Positions 30,601 through 39,252 of a stretch of 64,000 nucleotides of DNA are shown in pieces. Position 1 is the first letter of the stretch; each line of letters starts with the position of its first letter. The notes under the pieces were generated by a model. It saw nothing but the letters and a program-made list of their open reading frames with translations, was not told where the DNA came from and made no database searches. Position numbers and translations under genes: made by a program. The stretch spans positions 399,672 to 463,671 of the forward strand of contig CAYNQD010000001.1 in NCBI GenBank assembly GCA_964399295.1, given 5' to 3'. Source of the stretch: an uncultured Candidatus Saccharibacteria bacterium. GTDB lineage: Bacteria; Patescibacteriota; Minisyncoccia; Phycocordibacterales; UBA918.

Positions 30601-30935
30601 CTACTGGTATCTGTACACACAACATTACTGCTGGAACCAGGATCAAAGTCAGCAATAGTCCGATTGGTCATCTCCTTTATTTCCACGATAGCTCTGACAG
30701 TAGTGGTTGGAGAACCCACCGCTATCACATTGTCATAACGATATTTCGCACCCACCGTAAGAGCACCTGAGCCAGTACCATTTATATATGTCCCACCAGT
30801 GAAATTAAGTTGCTTAAACTCCGTATCATAAATCGGCGCCAGCTGCGCCTCAGATTTCTGTGGCGCAAAAGAAAAAGCGATTATAAAAATGAGACTATAG
30901 GCGATAGAAATTCTCATGTATATGCATTGTAGCAA
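27651..30935 (-). CDS. Large secreted surface protein with Ig/FN3-like beta domains and two C-terminal peptidoglycan-binding (PG_binding_1-like) domains
   Basis: 1094 aa; signal peptide; T/S/G-rich beta modules shared with the 1256-aa paralog (GCKDPKASNYNHFTSHKQELCQY block); C-terminal DGVYSLEDMEAVKRFQQ and ELGFYSG...NFQQ PG-binding-like repeats; 5 bp upstream of A2M gene. Confidence 0.7.
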   Translation of the reverse strand: MLQCIYMRISIAYSLIFIIAFSFAPQKSEAQLAPIYDTEFKQLNFTGGTYINGTGSGALTVGAKYRYDNVIAVGSPTTTVRAIVEIKEMTNRTIADFDPGSSSNVVCTDTSSGNPNQCVSAANQANWFILTTGASGGGSNVRGHIKLEFSFINQADDTPLRLQNVAVNSFDIDGTGSTAPTGSHPTLNFTPPTFSDGAVNQFTEFGGFQLSELSTGTLDPYESPSVLYPSYNALTGLTTFVSLTNLNNNQAPGTAAGDRFRVRVLYDELSVFEISMGSYSNASTFGLQFALGPQWASPPEMTRTPELTLSLGEKDRTIEFSGEPITFSENGEIFPLTTGLSNPGNPGEFLNDPAPIVSGTIDNLKINYTLASIQPGERLLIDGVDMSISLSNKAGGTFSLAGVPWKYASSTAGAVKTLTFTKDGAGKNTRAQYEALLNALQYYNSAPNEAVREFELTIEDAGYTSPTAVFTIDILEDAEPDIAESMIKVSPTSTLQAELNQTLNDNLVVRVSDEEGNDVVGADVVFAITSGTGLLGAPTTVQTNSSGTATFSGGWTLNSLGEHVVTATLYGVGNTVTFNAIGSVGAVPVISDIETFPGTSGATITWLTDELASTKVVYSTDNQYASSTSETDTDSGVLEHSKSISNLLACTLYNFKVISADEDGNYATSSPSTFLTTGCSGGAVPSSVISNSINVSAPTVVTGTNSGRAFTVDAPAGFTDDWASIVIQIKGLDSATVLGSIGKPFSSLSSAASVVFDVKALVNNVTELDSFDHPVTISYTYTDADVNGLDENSLSMYHYAGGVWQELDNCSVNTATNTITCTAPHFSIFAIFGNSLALAGDNNETNGRSSTRMSGITFGCKDPKASNYNHFTSHKQELCQYKIAQSDTTQPIPTKSVAVDSVCAPHIKTYIRYGADNDVEDVRKLETFLNEKQGEALAVDGVYSLEDMEAVKRFQQKYASEVLNVWGVAEPTGYVYRTTLMKINSFYCSASITCPAFTEHNSLTENPVSTEVVKTKTLLTELGFYSGVVNNTFDNSLDISLKNFQQTFSDTMLKPWGLTSGTGYKYKTTNKFLNMLVGCQTPAVELDGRGTFDY

Positions 30936-31035
30936 TTAAGCCTAATAACTTATATGAGAAGCCAGTGGATAAAGATTTTGAATTACGATCAGCTTACCCA
31001 AACAACGCGTCTTGAAGATAATTCGAACATAAAAT

Positions 31036-31066
31036 AAAAGCATCCTGCAGGATGCTTTTATTTTAT
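31036..31066. terminator. Bidirectional rho-independent terminator
   Basis: Perfect palindrome AAAAGCATCCTG|CAGGATGCTTTT flanked by A/T runs. Confidence 0.75.
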
Positions 31067-31220
31067 GTAGAATGCTTACGCTTTCTTTGGCTCAGTTTGG
31101 GGGGTATCTTTGGTTGGGGTAGCTGGATTCGTTTCAACTTTTTTCTCGTCTGACATAATTGTTTTTACGTTAGCTACTAAACCGCGGCTAGGTCATTATA
31201 CACCACACTAGGATAAATAG

Positions 31221-31592
31221 CTATTTCTCTTTTTCAAGATAACGCCTTGTCTTGCGTAGCTCAGGTAAAATACCAATCGATTCAATATAGAGACCTCCAG
31301 TTTCTTTGACAAGGTCTGTATCAATCTCAGAAAGGAATTCATACGCCTCATCATGAGGAAGAGAAATAATGTATCCGACAGTTCTCGACTCCGCATCCTT
31401 CAAAAGAATCTGTATCCCTTTACTTTCAAGAGTCTCTCGAATTTCCTCCTCCGCTACCGGCATGGTTGGGAAAATTTTTCTATCAATATCAATAATATCC
31501 TGCACTTCTTGCTCAGAAACAGCCTCCAGAACATTTACTGTCATTGGTTCTTTCTCTTGTTCAGGCGGCTGGAATGTTGGTATTTTTTCCAT
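31221..31592 (-). CDS. Small hypothetical protein, GNAT-like N-terminal region (possibly truncated)
   Basis: 123 aa; MTVNVLEAVSEQEVQDIIDIDRKIF resembles GNAT N-terminus but lacks acetyl-CoA motif A. Confidence 0.4.
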   Translation of the reverse strand: MEKIPTFQPPEQEKEPMTVNVLEAVSEQEVQDIIDIDRKIFPTMPVAEEEIRETLESKGIQILLKDAESRTVGYIISLPHDEAYEFLSEIDTDLVKETGGLYIESIGILPELRKTRRYLEKEK

Positions 31593-31625
31593 ATTAGTAA
31601 TTATAATAAATATCCCTTACACTCC

Positions 31626-32267
31626 CTAAAATTCTCTCTCATCCCCATCATTTATAACAACAAACTCAATTCCGTTTTCAGTAAGAACTTTTTCGGGGAT
31701 TTTATGCGAGCTTCCGATTCGATCATTTTGCAACATTCCATCGTGTACAGGAAACACTTTATTTGGTCTTACAGATAATGCGTATCGGATAGCATCAGAG
31801 ATTTTGCACCACGGGCCCGCAACAGGAAGTGCCAGCACATCGACAGGTTCTTCAGGATTACAGAACGAGTCTCCGGGATAAAAGAGTTTGTTGTTGATGA
31901 AGTATCCGGTATTTTGCACCTGTCCAATTTCTTCAAAAATCTCTTCATGTTTACAGTCAAACGCTTCAAAGACCAGTCCCGCAATCTCTGCCTGGTTCCT
32001 TCCTTCAAGGATTAAATATACAATACCGGCCTCATCAAGCTTTTTGCCAACACCTGTATTTGTAATCACTTTGACTTCAGGATTATTTTTCAAAATCTCC
32101 TTAAGTGAATCTATGTGAAGATGGTCAACATGTTCGTGAGTAATGAGCACAACATCAATTCCTACAATCGAATTCTGAGCAGTTGAAAAAGCTCCCGGGT
32201 CTGTGAGAATCGTCAGTTTTTCTATCTGTATCAAAAGACAACAATGTCCAATCTTCTTAATTTTCAT
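31626..32267 (-). CDS. MBL-fold metallo-hydrolase
   Basis: 213 aa; THEHVDH (HxHxDH) motif. Confidence 0.85.
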   Translation of the reverse strand: MKIKKIGHCCLLIQIEKLTILTDPGAFSTAQNSIVGIDVVLITHEHVDHLHIDSLKEILKNNPEVKVITNTGVGKKLDEAGIVYLILEGRNQAEIAGLVFEAFDCKHEEIFEEIGQVQNTGYFINNKLFYPGDSFCNPEEPVDVLALPVAGPWCKISDAIRYALSVRPNKVFPVHDGMLQNDRIGSSHKIPEKVLTENGIEFVVINDGDEREF

Positions 32268-32337
32268 TACCTCCTATTTTAGCTTAAATACCGATTTTCA
32301 GATAGTGAAGTTATTTCAAAACAACGCATCTCGAGCA

Positions 32338-32814
32338 CTATTCTACTTTAGCTTCAAAAAAAGAAGGAGGGTATTTCAAATCATATGTTAGAGTGAAGTT
32401 GCCCGGAGGATTGGTAAAGCACATTCTCTTTTGCCTATCACCTTCCCTTAGTCCCGAAAAGGAAGATCGTGCATGATAAACTACGCTGTCTGTACTAATA
32501 GAGACGCATATTCTTGTGGGCAAAATCCCCTCAGTAGAGTTGACCATAAGAGTGACTTTATTTTTTTCTATATTTTTACTACTTATATTAAAAATTGCCT
32601 GCTCGTTTATTTTCACGTCACCCTGTATTTGTATTACATCACCATTATTATTTTCTGCGTTTTGCGATGCGTAGTTAATAACTTCTTGAGAAGAAGTATC
32701 ATAGATGTCACCACTATAATTTTTTCCTATCCCAAATACGTAATAAAGAACGAGGCCTCCGATTACTGTAACGCCTATCCCCACTATCCAACGATTTTTC
32801 AGAATTTTATTCAT
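32338..32814 (-). CDS. Membrane-anchored hypothetical protein
   Basis: 158 aa; N-terminal TM (IVGIGVTVIGGLVLYYVFGI). Confidence 0.5.
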   Translation of the reverse strand: MNKILKNRWIVGIGVTVIGGLVLYYVFGIGKNYSGDIYDTSSQEVINYASQNAENNNGDVIQIQGDVKINEQAIFNISSKNIEKNKVTLMVNSTEGILPTRICVSISTDSVVYHARSSFSGLREGDRQKRMCFTNPPGNFTLTYDLKYPPSFFEAKVE

Positions 32815-32843
32815 AAAGTAATACTTCTCGTGCTAGCACAACT

Positions 32844-32906
32844 TGGCTGCCGGACAGGGATTCGAACCGTCTCGGTCTAGAACCAAGATATGGCTTAAAA
32901 TATAAA
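32844..32906 (-). repeat. tRNA-3'-end-derived repeat copy A (T-arm-like GGTTCGAATCC + CGGCAGC acceptor-like end)
   Basis: Minus-strand reads ...TTTAAGCCATATCTTGGTTCTAGACCGAGACGGTTCGAATCCCTGTCCGGCAGCCA; abuts stop codon of 32915..35653 gene; homologous to copies at 48567, 53941, 54881. Confidence 0.7.
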
Positions 32907-32914
32907 CTTTTCTT

Positions 32915-35653
32915 TTACCACCACAATCCAGACAGTCCTGCAGCTTTCATTTGTGCGCGAGTGATAGGTCCGAAGTATCCGACAGCTGGCGAGATACCGT
33001 TTGCAGCTTGATATGCTGCGAGAGCTGATCGTGTTTGGTTAAGGAACAGGCCGGTTGCTCCAGCTGGAATTGAGTGTCCCTGTCCAATGAGAAGAGTCTG
33101 GAGAGCTACAACATCAGCACCTTCCATTCCATATTTAAGGTCTCGGACAAAAAATGCTGGTGCGGTAATTCCGAGCAGGTCTAGAATATTCTGTGGAAGA
33201 GATATACCCATACTGTGTGCTCGAAGAAGCATGTCACGATGTTGATTAACAAGGTTTTCTACTGTTTGAGTTGGTCGTTGACCTACAATGTGAGAGCTCG
33301 ATCGTCGTGTTCGTTGTGAAGGAGACACGATTTCTTCTTCAGTCGGCAAAGTGGGTTCTACTTGCGTAATGACAAAAAGCTCAGAGAAGACGACGAGCCC
33401 CAAACGAGATAGATTGTATGAACCAGAAATTCCTCCTACCAACTGGCCAAACATAGACTCCATACCTTCATCAAAATACTCATCTTCACTTTCTGACTGC
33501 CTAGTCCACGAGGTACCATTATCGAGCGAAGAATACACCACTATCCGATACCAGAGTAATTCATCGTCATATGCATCCATGCGGTTTTCTACCACAGCCG
33601 CGACTACCCCCTCACCTGTCGCTGAAGGAGCGACATATATCCACGAGTGATCTCCTGGGGCAGTACTCGTGGCCCACGATAATCCCTTATCGCTGGATAT
33701 GTACATGTTTCTGGCGAAGGCATCGATGACAAAAAATCTCTCCGCGTCTTTCGAGACCATCACTGAGAAAGGAATAACTTCTTGGTCAAGATATGAAAGT
33801 ATCGGCTCCCACGTTTCTCCATAATCATGAGAAACAATCACTACTGCCATTTCAGGATCTCCCATCATGAGCATAGGGCTCATTGCAAGCATAATTGTTG
33901 AACCATTTGCTGAGGCAGAAATTGAAGAAGGAAAAACGAACGATTCATTGGAAAGGCTGAGAGGGAGCATGTCTTCCCAATCCTCTCCTCCATTGTTCGA
34001 ATATATCACTTTGTTAAATAATGCAACATATATATGTGACAAATCACTTGATGCGGTGATACGTGAAAGATACAATGCCATAAAAGTAAGGTAGTCATCG
34101 CCAAACTCTTCCATATCATCCATTGCAATAGTTGATATTACTTGGATGTCCCAACTCTCTCCGCCGTCTACAGAACTGACAGCAATAAAATTAACTTCAT
34201 CGCCTATAAGGCTAGTGACGCCTACTGCCATTATCTTCATCCCATCTGCAGAAGACGTGACAGATGTAAGGAGTATGTCTGGAGAAGAGGTGCTGAGTTC
34301 CCAGCTCTCTCCGCCGTTGGCTGACACATATATGACAGTAGAAGGATACTCTTCCTCGCCAAGTAGTCCATGTCCTGTTGCTACTAGTCGGCTCCCGTCT
34401 GAAGATACCGAGATTGATGTCCATATATGATTTTCAAAACCTTCTAAGTGTTGCTCGAGCATTTCATATATAGAACCTTCTGGAATATCATTGTCGTCTC
34501 CAAAATCCTCTTCTATCGGCTCCTCAATGGTGGTGAAGCTCCATGAAGAACCGCTAATACCTGGGTAAGTATTGTCATCAGCATCAACAAACGCCGTATC
34601 AGGGATAACCACTAGATACTCAGTTCCATATTCAAATTCAGATATCGGACTGATTGTCACCTCATTACCGTCAATCGTAATACGATCGCTATCTATATCG
34701 AAGGACTCGAAAAGTGAATCATCTTCTGCTCGATAAATACTAATTTGTCCTGTCGATGTCGCAACGGTTGAGGTACTGAAGCTAAGAACGAGGTTGGTTG
34801 AAATAGCCACATCTTCTGCATTATCAACCGGAGAAAGTGTCGCTGAGATTGTTCCTAGTGATGCATTTGAATTTTCTGCCGCCTCCTCCTCGGTAATTGC
34901 CCGACTGTAGATCCGCACATCCTTCACATCACCCTTAAACCATCCCTGATTGTTGCTGCAGCTTGGGGCATCTATACCAGCAAATACATATACAGGATCA
35001 TCAGCTGCAGCATAGGCAGTCATCGCACTAGAAGCAACTTGCACACCATTCACATACAAGTCTAGTGTTTCTGTTTCGGGAGACCAAGTGTTGGCAATGC
35101 TATACCACTCTCCGAGCACCGCTGGCACAGAATTGACGGCTGTGACAGGAGTACCGTCCCATCCTATAGCGCGAAAATGTCCGTTCTGGATATGGAGCAT
35201 AGAAATACACCAACCCTGTCCATTTCCACCATTTGGACTGTTTGATATATGAATAATGTTCCCACTTTCACTTTCATCATTTACACGAACGGAAGCGGAT
35301 AGAGTATAGGCCTGATTGGACACGCCCATAGATTCCGTGAGAGGAGAATCGGTTCGGATGTAATCATCAACCCCATCAAAGGAAAGGCCTCCGTTTAAAA
35401 TCCAAGTTGGACCGCCATAGAGTGTACCCGGGTATCCGGTCAACGCTCCGGTTGTCCCCCCTTCTCCTTCATCAAGTGGCCAATAGAATTTCAAATCATC
35501 ACCAGCATGTGCACCAGAGACTGCGATAAAGAAAATTACCGCGAGACAAAAAGTTGTAGTAATAAAATATTTCCAGTTTTTCATTATGATTATTATTGTA
35601 TCATGACTAAATAAAATATGAACGTCATGTCCAAGTGCAAGAAATAATTGCAA
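32915..35653 (-). CDS. Large secreted surface protein: LamG/ConA-like lectin domain + BNR/Asp-box beta-propeller repeats + C-terminal peptidoglycan-binding domain
   Basis: 912 aa; N-terminal TM/signal; LamG-like YWPLDEG...FDGVDDY; six SxDxGxTW Asp-box repeats (SANGGESW, SVDGGESW, SNNGGEDW, SHDYGETW, SSDKGLSW, SLDNGTSW); C-terminal LKYGMEGADVVALQTLL...GYFGPITRAQM PG_binding_1. Confidence 0.75.
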   Translation of the reverse strand: MQLFLALGHDVHILFSHDTIIIIMKNWKYFITTTFCLAVIFFIAVSGAHAGDDLKFYWPLDEGEGGTTGALTGYPGTLYGGPTWILNGGLSFDGVDDYIRTDSPLTESMGVSNQAYTLSASVRVNDESESGNIIHISNSPNGGNGQGWCISMLHIQNGHFRAIGWDGTPVTAVNSVPAVLGEWYSIANTWSPETETLDLYVNGVQVASSAMTAYAAADDPVYVFAGIDAPSCSNNQGWFKGDVKDVRIYSRAITEEEAAENSNASLGTISATLSPVDNAEDVAISTNLVLSFSTSTVATSTGQISIYRAEDDSLFESFDIDSDRITIDGNEVTISPISEFEYGTEYLVVIPDTAFVDADDNTYPGISGSSWSFTTIEEPIEEDFGDDNDIPEGSIYEMLEQHLEGFENHIWTSISVSSDGSRLVATGHGLLGEEEYPSTVIYVSANGGESWELSTSSPDILLTSVTSSADGMKIMAVGVTSLIGDEVNFIAVSSVDGGESWDIQVISTIAMDDMEEFGDDYLTFMALYLSRITASSDLSHIYVALFNKVIYSNNGGEDWEDMLPLSLSNESFVFPSSISASANGSTIMLAMSPMLMMGDPEMAVVIVSHDYGETWEPILSYLDQEVIPFSVMVSKDAERFFVIDAFARNMYISSDKGLSWATSTAPGDHSWIYVAPSATGEGVVAAVVENRMDAYDDELLWYRIVVYSSLDNGTSWTRQSESEDEYFDEGMESMFGQLVGGISGSYNLSRLGLVVFSELFVITQVEPTLPTEEEIVSPSQRTRRSSSHIVGQRPTQTVENLVNQHRDMLLRAHSMGISLPQNILDLLGITAPAFFVRDLKYGMEGADVVALQTLLIGQGHSIPAGATGLFLNQTRSALAAYQAANGISPAVGYFGPITRAQMKAAGLSGLWW

Positions 35654-35702
35654 ACATTTCTAGTAGCATAGAGACATCGCGCAATCATTAAAAAGACGGT
35701 CC

Positions 35703-35990
35703 AGGACTCGAGTCGACTAAATGGCTTAAACTAACACTTAACTGTTCTATGAAAAATGATAGGAGTTTCGAGCCCATGACTCGTTTTTAAAATGTTTTGG
35801 AAATTATAGCGATTTTAAGAGTCTCAATAGATCTCACTACTCTGCTGACTGACTCAGTTGTGAACCCCATGAAGTGAGACCCCACAAGGGTCTTTGGGCG
35901 TTTCTTCGCTTGGTGTTTTGAGGCGTCTCAGTCTAGCTGGCCTCAAAGGGGTTTACAAACCTGACAACCCCCACGAGACCCTTTGGATAT
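35703..35990. repeat. Repeat-unit copy E (GGACTCGAGTCGACTAAATGGCTTAAA) plus a ~130-nt multi-hairpin structured segment upstream of the 912-aa gene
   Basis: Shares the GGACTCGAnnCGACTAAATGGCTTAAA unit and degenerate ATAGCGATTTTAgGAG hairpin region with modules at 53808, 54752, 56098; 35860-35985 has 3-4 consecutive perfect 6-7-bp stem-loops. Confidence 0.6.
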
Positions 35991-36004
35991 AGAACTATAT
36001 GACA

Positions 36005-36934
36005 TTATCTGAACGTCGCGGTACCACTATCAAACTTGAGGTCAAGAATAAGTTCGCCCCTTGCAGTGAAATGGTAAAGCTGTGCATTCTCGAGAAGTGC
36101 GAGAAACTCGGTTTCTTGAGATTCTGGACAAAATCTCTCGTCCATGGCAATACGCTCAAATGAGATTGAATACTCATCAGCGATATAACTGCCACTAATA
36201 TAATTGCAATCAGTTGTGGCGGAGAATCTTCCATCTTCAGTAAACGTAAGTATAAACGCATTGGGCTGATAGGGTTCAATACTGCGCCCGTCATTGTAAA
36301 GTGCTGAACTCCACACCCACTCTTTCATGGTCAGTGACATGCGCGACGGGTCGACTTCTCCTTCAAAATCCTGATCCACTACACCAAATTGCATAGTCTG
36401 TGGATCAAGTTTGAGCCAGACACTTTTACCAACTGACGGTTGTGTAGACATTGGCTCGCCGGGAGTACGGTCAGCATAATTTACGACGATAACATTTTGA
36501 TGATTAGGATTCTGACTCAGCTCGGTAGTCTGCGGTGCAATACGATCTCCAAGCAAATACGCTTCAGAGCCTATATATCCATCTCCAGTATTGAGCGCAG
36601 CGACGGTGTAATAGAAGGTGCCTGAACCGCCCGTCTCTTGTGTAAGAACGAACACAACATCTTCACGGCCGTCATTATTTAAATCTGCTATAAGTTCGTT
36701 ACCAAAGTAGCGAGTGATAATTTTGGACGCAGAGTCTGGAGCTACTTCTGTTTCGGCAACACCATCTATAAGTGTCACGGGCTCTCCGTCAATGATGTAT
36801 GTTGCATTTCTGTAATCGTCTGCGGTATCAGCTTGCTTCTCGTTGTAGATGTAGGAATTAAAGGCGAAGAAGCCTCCGACAAGAAGGACAAGAACACCTA
36901 CTGCAAGTAAAATCCATTTCACATTCATACACAT
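36005..36934 (-). CDS. Secreted two-domain protein with C-terminal META/HslJ-like (DUF306) domain
   Basis: 309 aa; N-terminal TM; C-terminal W...L...G.W.L, GCN.ISGSY and RFCPESQETEFLALLENAQLY pattern reminiscent of META domain. Confidence 0.5.
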   Translation of the reverse strand: MCMNVKWILLAVGVLVLLVGGFFAFNSYIYNEKQADTADDYRNATYIIDGEPVTLIDGVAETEVAPDSASKIITRYFGNELIADLNNDGREDVVFVLTQETGGSGTFYYTVAALNTGDGYIGSEAYLLGDRIAPQTTELSQNPNHQNVIVVNYADRTPGEPMSTQPSVGKSVWLKLDPQTMQFGVVDQDFEGEVDPSRMSLTMKEWVWSSALYNDGRSIEPYQPNAFILTFTEDGRFSATTDCNYISGSYIADEYSISFERIAMDERFCPESQETEFLALLENAQLYHFTARGELILDLKFDSGTATFR

Positions 36935-37116
36935 AAGTATAACTAATCAGCATGAATACGTGAACAAGTTGTCATTAGGTACCGAAAGGTGAATTGCCAC
37001 AAGAACTTTTTGATGTCGCACTGATGCATTTGGCACTTTTCCACAAGCCAAACGAGGTGGTGTATGTATAATGCAATTAACGGCATACAAGCCCACATAG
37101 GTGACTCCTTAAATGA

Positions 37117-37163
37117 AGGCCTACGCATTTCCCATACAACGGGACTCGTAGGCCTTTTGTGTT
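37117..37163 (+). terminator. Strong stem-loop (9-bp perfect stem AGGCCTACG/CGTAGGCCT) followed by T-run; terminator-like or element boundary structure
   Basis: Inverted repeat with nested TCCC/GGGA pairing and TTTTGTGTT tail; sits at left edge of the integrative-element-like block. Confidence 0.45.
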
Positions 37164-37217
37164 AGTCACGATTTTAACGAAAACGAAAACGCATTATGAC
37201 TAACTCCATTCATTATT

Positions 37218-38495
37218 ATGAATACACAACCACTCACATGGCGAACGGAACAGCGAAAGGTCAGCGACCTCGTACCGAACGCCAAGAACCCTCGCTCACT
37301 CTCTGCACAACAAAAAGCAGACCTTGAAGCGAGCATTACTAAGTTCAACATTGCCGAGATCATGGCTTTGAACACCGACAACACGGTGCTGGCGGGTCAC
37401 GCCAGACTTGTTGTGCTGAAGGCGCTCGGACGCTCTGATGAAATGATCGATGTTCGCATTCCTTCTCGGACATTAACAAAGGAAGAGTGCGAGGAGTACA
37501 TGCTCCGCTCGAACCGCAACACTGGCTCGTGGAATCATGAACTGCTTCGTGCTTTTGATACGTCTTTCCTTCTCTCGATCGGATTTGACGATGTCGACTT
37601 GTCGGACATCTGGGAGGACGTACTTGAAATTGAAGATGATGATTTCAAGGAAGAGGATGCGGTTGAAGAAGCCAAGGACACCGACATCAAGAACGGTGAT
37701 CGGTTTCAACTTGGAGATCACCTGCTTGCGTGTGGCGACAGCACGGACCAGACAGTCGTGAAGAATCTTGTTGGCGACAAGAAAATCGATATGGTCTATG
37801 TTGACATTCCATACAATATAAATTTGAGCTACAACAAGGGATTAGGTGGAAAATCCCACTATGGCGGTGATGTCGACGACAAGAAATCCGATACTGAATA
37901 TCGTGCATTTGTGAAGAAACTCATGGAGAACGCTCTCGCGGTCTCCGCAAAGGATTCGCACCATATCTGGTATTGCGATTCAAGCTATGTGGGCATGATG
38001 CAATCACTCTTTGCAGAAGTTGGCATCGCATACAAGCGCACCGCATTGTGGATCAAAAACGGCATCAACTGCACTCCGAAGATAGCATTTTCGAAGATGT
38101 ATGAGCCGGCCTTGTACGGAGTAACCGGACGACCATACCTTTCACCAAAGCACACGAAATTCGGCGAGGTGCTTAACAAGGAGGTTGGTATCGGTAACGC
38201 AACGATTGATGACATCACAGACATGATTGATATCTGGCTCGCAAAGCGTGATGCGGGTCAGGATTATAAACATCCAACGCAGAAGCCACTCTCGCTTCAC
38301 GAGCGACCGCTCAATCGTTGTACCAAAATCGGAGATGCGGTCTTGGATCTTTGTGGTGGTAGCGGATCTACACTCCTAGCCTGCGAACAAATGAAGCGCA
38401 AAGCGTTTTTGGTCGAACGCAGTCCAGTATTTTGTCAGGTAATCATCAACCGCTATGAAGACTCCAGTGGAAACAAAGCAGTCAAGCTCAATTAA
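37218..38495 (+). CDS. ParB-like nuclease domain fused to beta-class N6-adenine/N4-cytosine DNA methyltransferase
   Basis: 425 aa; N-terminal ParBc-like (VSDLVPNAKNPR...), then LGDHLLACGDSTD, DIPY (motif IV), HPTQKP, DLCGGSGST (motif I) in beta-class order. Confidence 0.85.
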   Translation: MNTQPLTWRTEQRKVSDLVPNAKNPRSLSAQQKADLEASITKFNIAEIMALNTDNTVLAGHARLVVLKALGRSDEMIDVRIPSRTLTKEECEEYMLRSNRNTGSWNHELLRAFDTSFLLSIGFDDVDLSDIWEDVLEIEDDDFKEEDAVEEAKDTDIKNGDRFQLGDHLLACGDSTDQTVVKNLVGDKKIDMVYVDIPYNINLSYNKGLGGKSHYGGDVDDKKSDTEYRAFVKKLMENALAVSAKDSHHIWYCDSSYVGMMQSLFAEVGIAYKRTALWIKNGINCTPKIAFSKMYEPALYGVTGRPYLSPKHTKFGEVLNKEVGIGNATIDDITDMIDIWLAKRDAGQDYKHPTQKPLSLHERPLNRCTKIGDAVLDLCGGSGSTLLACEQMKRKAFLVERSPVFCQVIINRYEDSSGNKAVKLN

Positions 38496-39252
38496 GCACG
38501 GAGATGTGGTTCGGCTTGGCGACCACATTCTCTATTGTGGCAACGCTCAGGATGTTGACCTTGCAACGCTCCTTGAGGGCAGAACTATTTCCTGTCTTGC
38601 GTGTGACCCTCCGTATTCAGTAGATTATGCGGCCAGCAAGCGTAGTATCGGCAAGATTGCAAAAGATAAAGATATCGCAAATGACGGATTCATGACAGCT
38701 GAGGAGTATGTATCGTTCACGAAGTCGTGGATCTCGCCCGCATTGCCACATCTCTCAAAGAAGAACAGCATCTACGTCTTCAACTCGGACAAGATGATCT
38801 TCGCACTTCGACAGGCATTTGTGGAATTGGATCTGAAGGTCGCTCAGCTCATTATCTGGGTGAAGTCTCAGCCAATTCTCGGACGGCTCGACTATCTCCC
38901 ACAACACGAGTTGATCCTCTACGGCTGGAAAGGTACCCACGAGTGGCGACGTGGGAAGGATAAGTCAGTGATGTTTGCGCCGAAGCCATCGCGAAGTGCA
39001 CTCCATCCAACAATGAAGCCTGTCTCGCTCATGCGTCGAATTATCCTTAACGCCACTCGAGTTGGAAGTGTTGTCTATGACCCCTTTGGTGGGAGCGGTA
39101 CCACGCTAATTGCCTGCGAACACACCAAGCGTCGATGCATCATGGTCGAGATGGATCTAGAACACTGCGAGACAATCGTAAAGCGGTGGGAAAAACTAAC
39201 TGGTCATGGCACGGAAATCATCAGATCCGAAGGAGCGGAGCAAGCGGTTTAA
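38455..39252 (+). CDS. Beta-class N6-adenine/N4-cytosine DNA methyltransferase
   Basis: 265 aa; LGDHILYCGN, DPPY, HPTMKP, DPFGGSGTT; overlaps upstream gene by 41 nt. Confidence 0.85.
   Translation: MKTPVETKQSSSIKHGDVVRLGDHILYCGNAQDVDLATLLEGRTISCLACDPPYSVDYAASKRSIGKIAKDKDIANDGFMTAEEYVSFTKSWISPALPHLSKKNSIYVFNSDKMIFALRQAFVELDLKVAQLIIWVKSQPILGRLDYLPQHELILYGWKGTHEWRRGKDKSVMFAPKPSRSALHPTMKPVSLMRRIILNATRVGSVVYDPFGGSGTTLIACEHTKRRCIMVEMDLEHCETIVKRWEKLTGHGTEIIRSEGAEQAV

Noticed and set aside
35700-36000. tmRNA or other known housekeeping ncRNA in the hairpin-rich segment near repeat copy E
   Set aside because: No tag-peptide reading frame (…ALAA-stop), no GGGG…acceptor/CCA-terminal pairing, and no RNase P or SRP conserved motifs were recognisable by eye. 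Left as an unclassified structured region.
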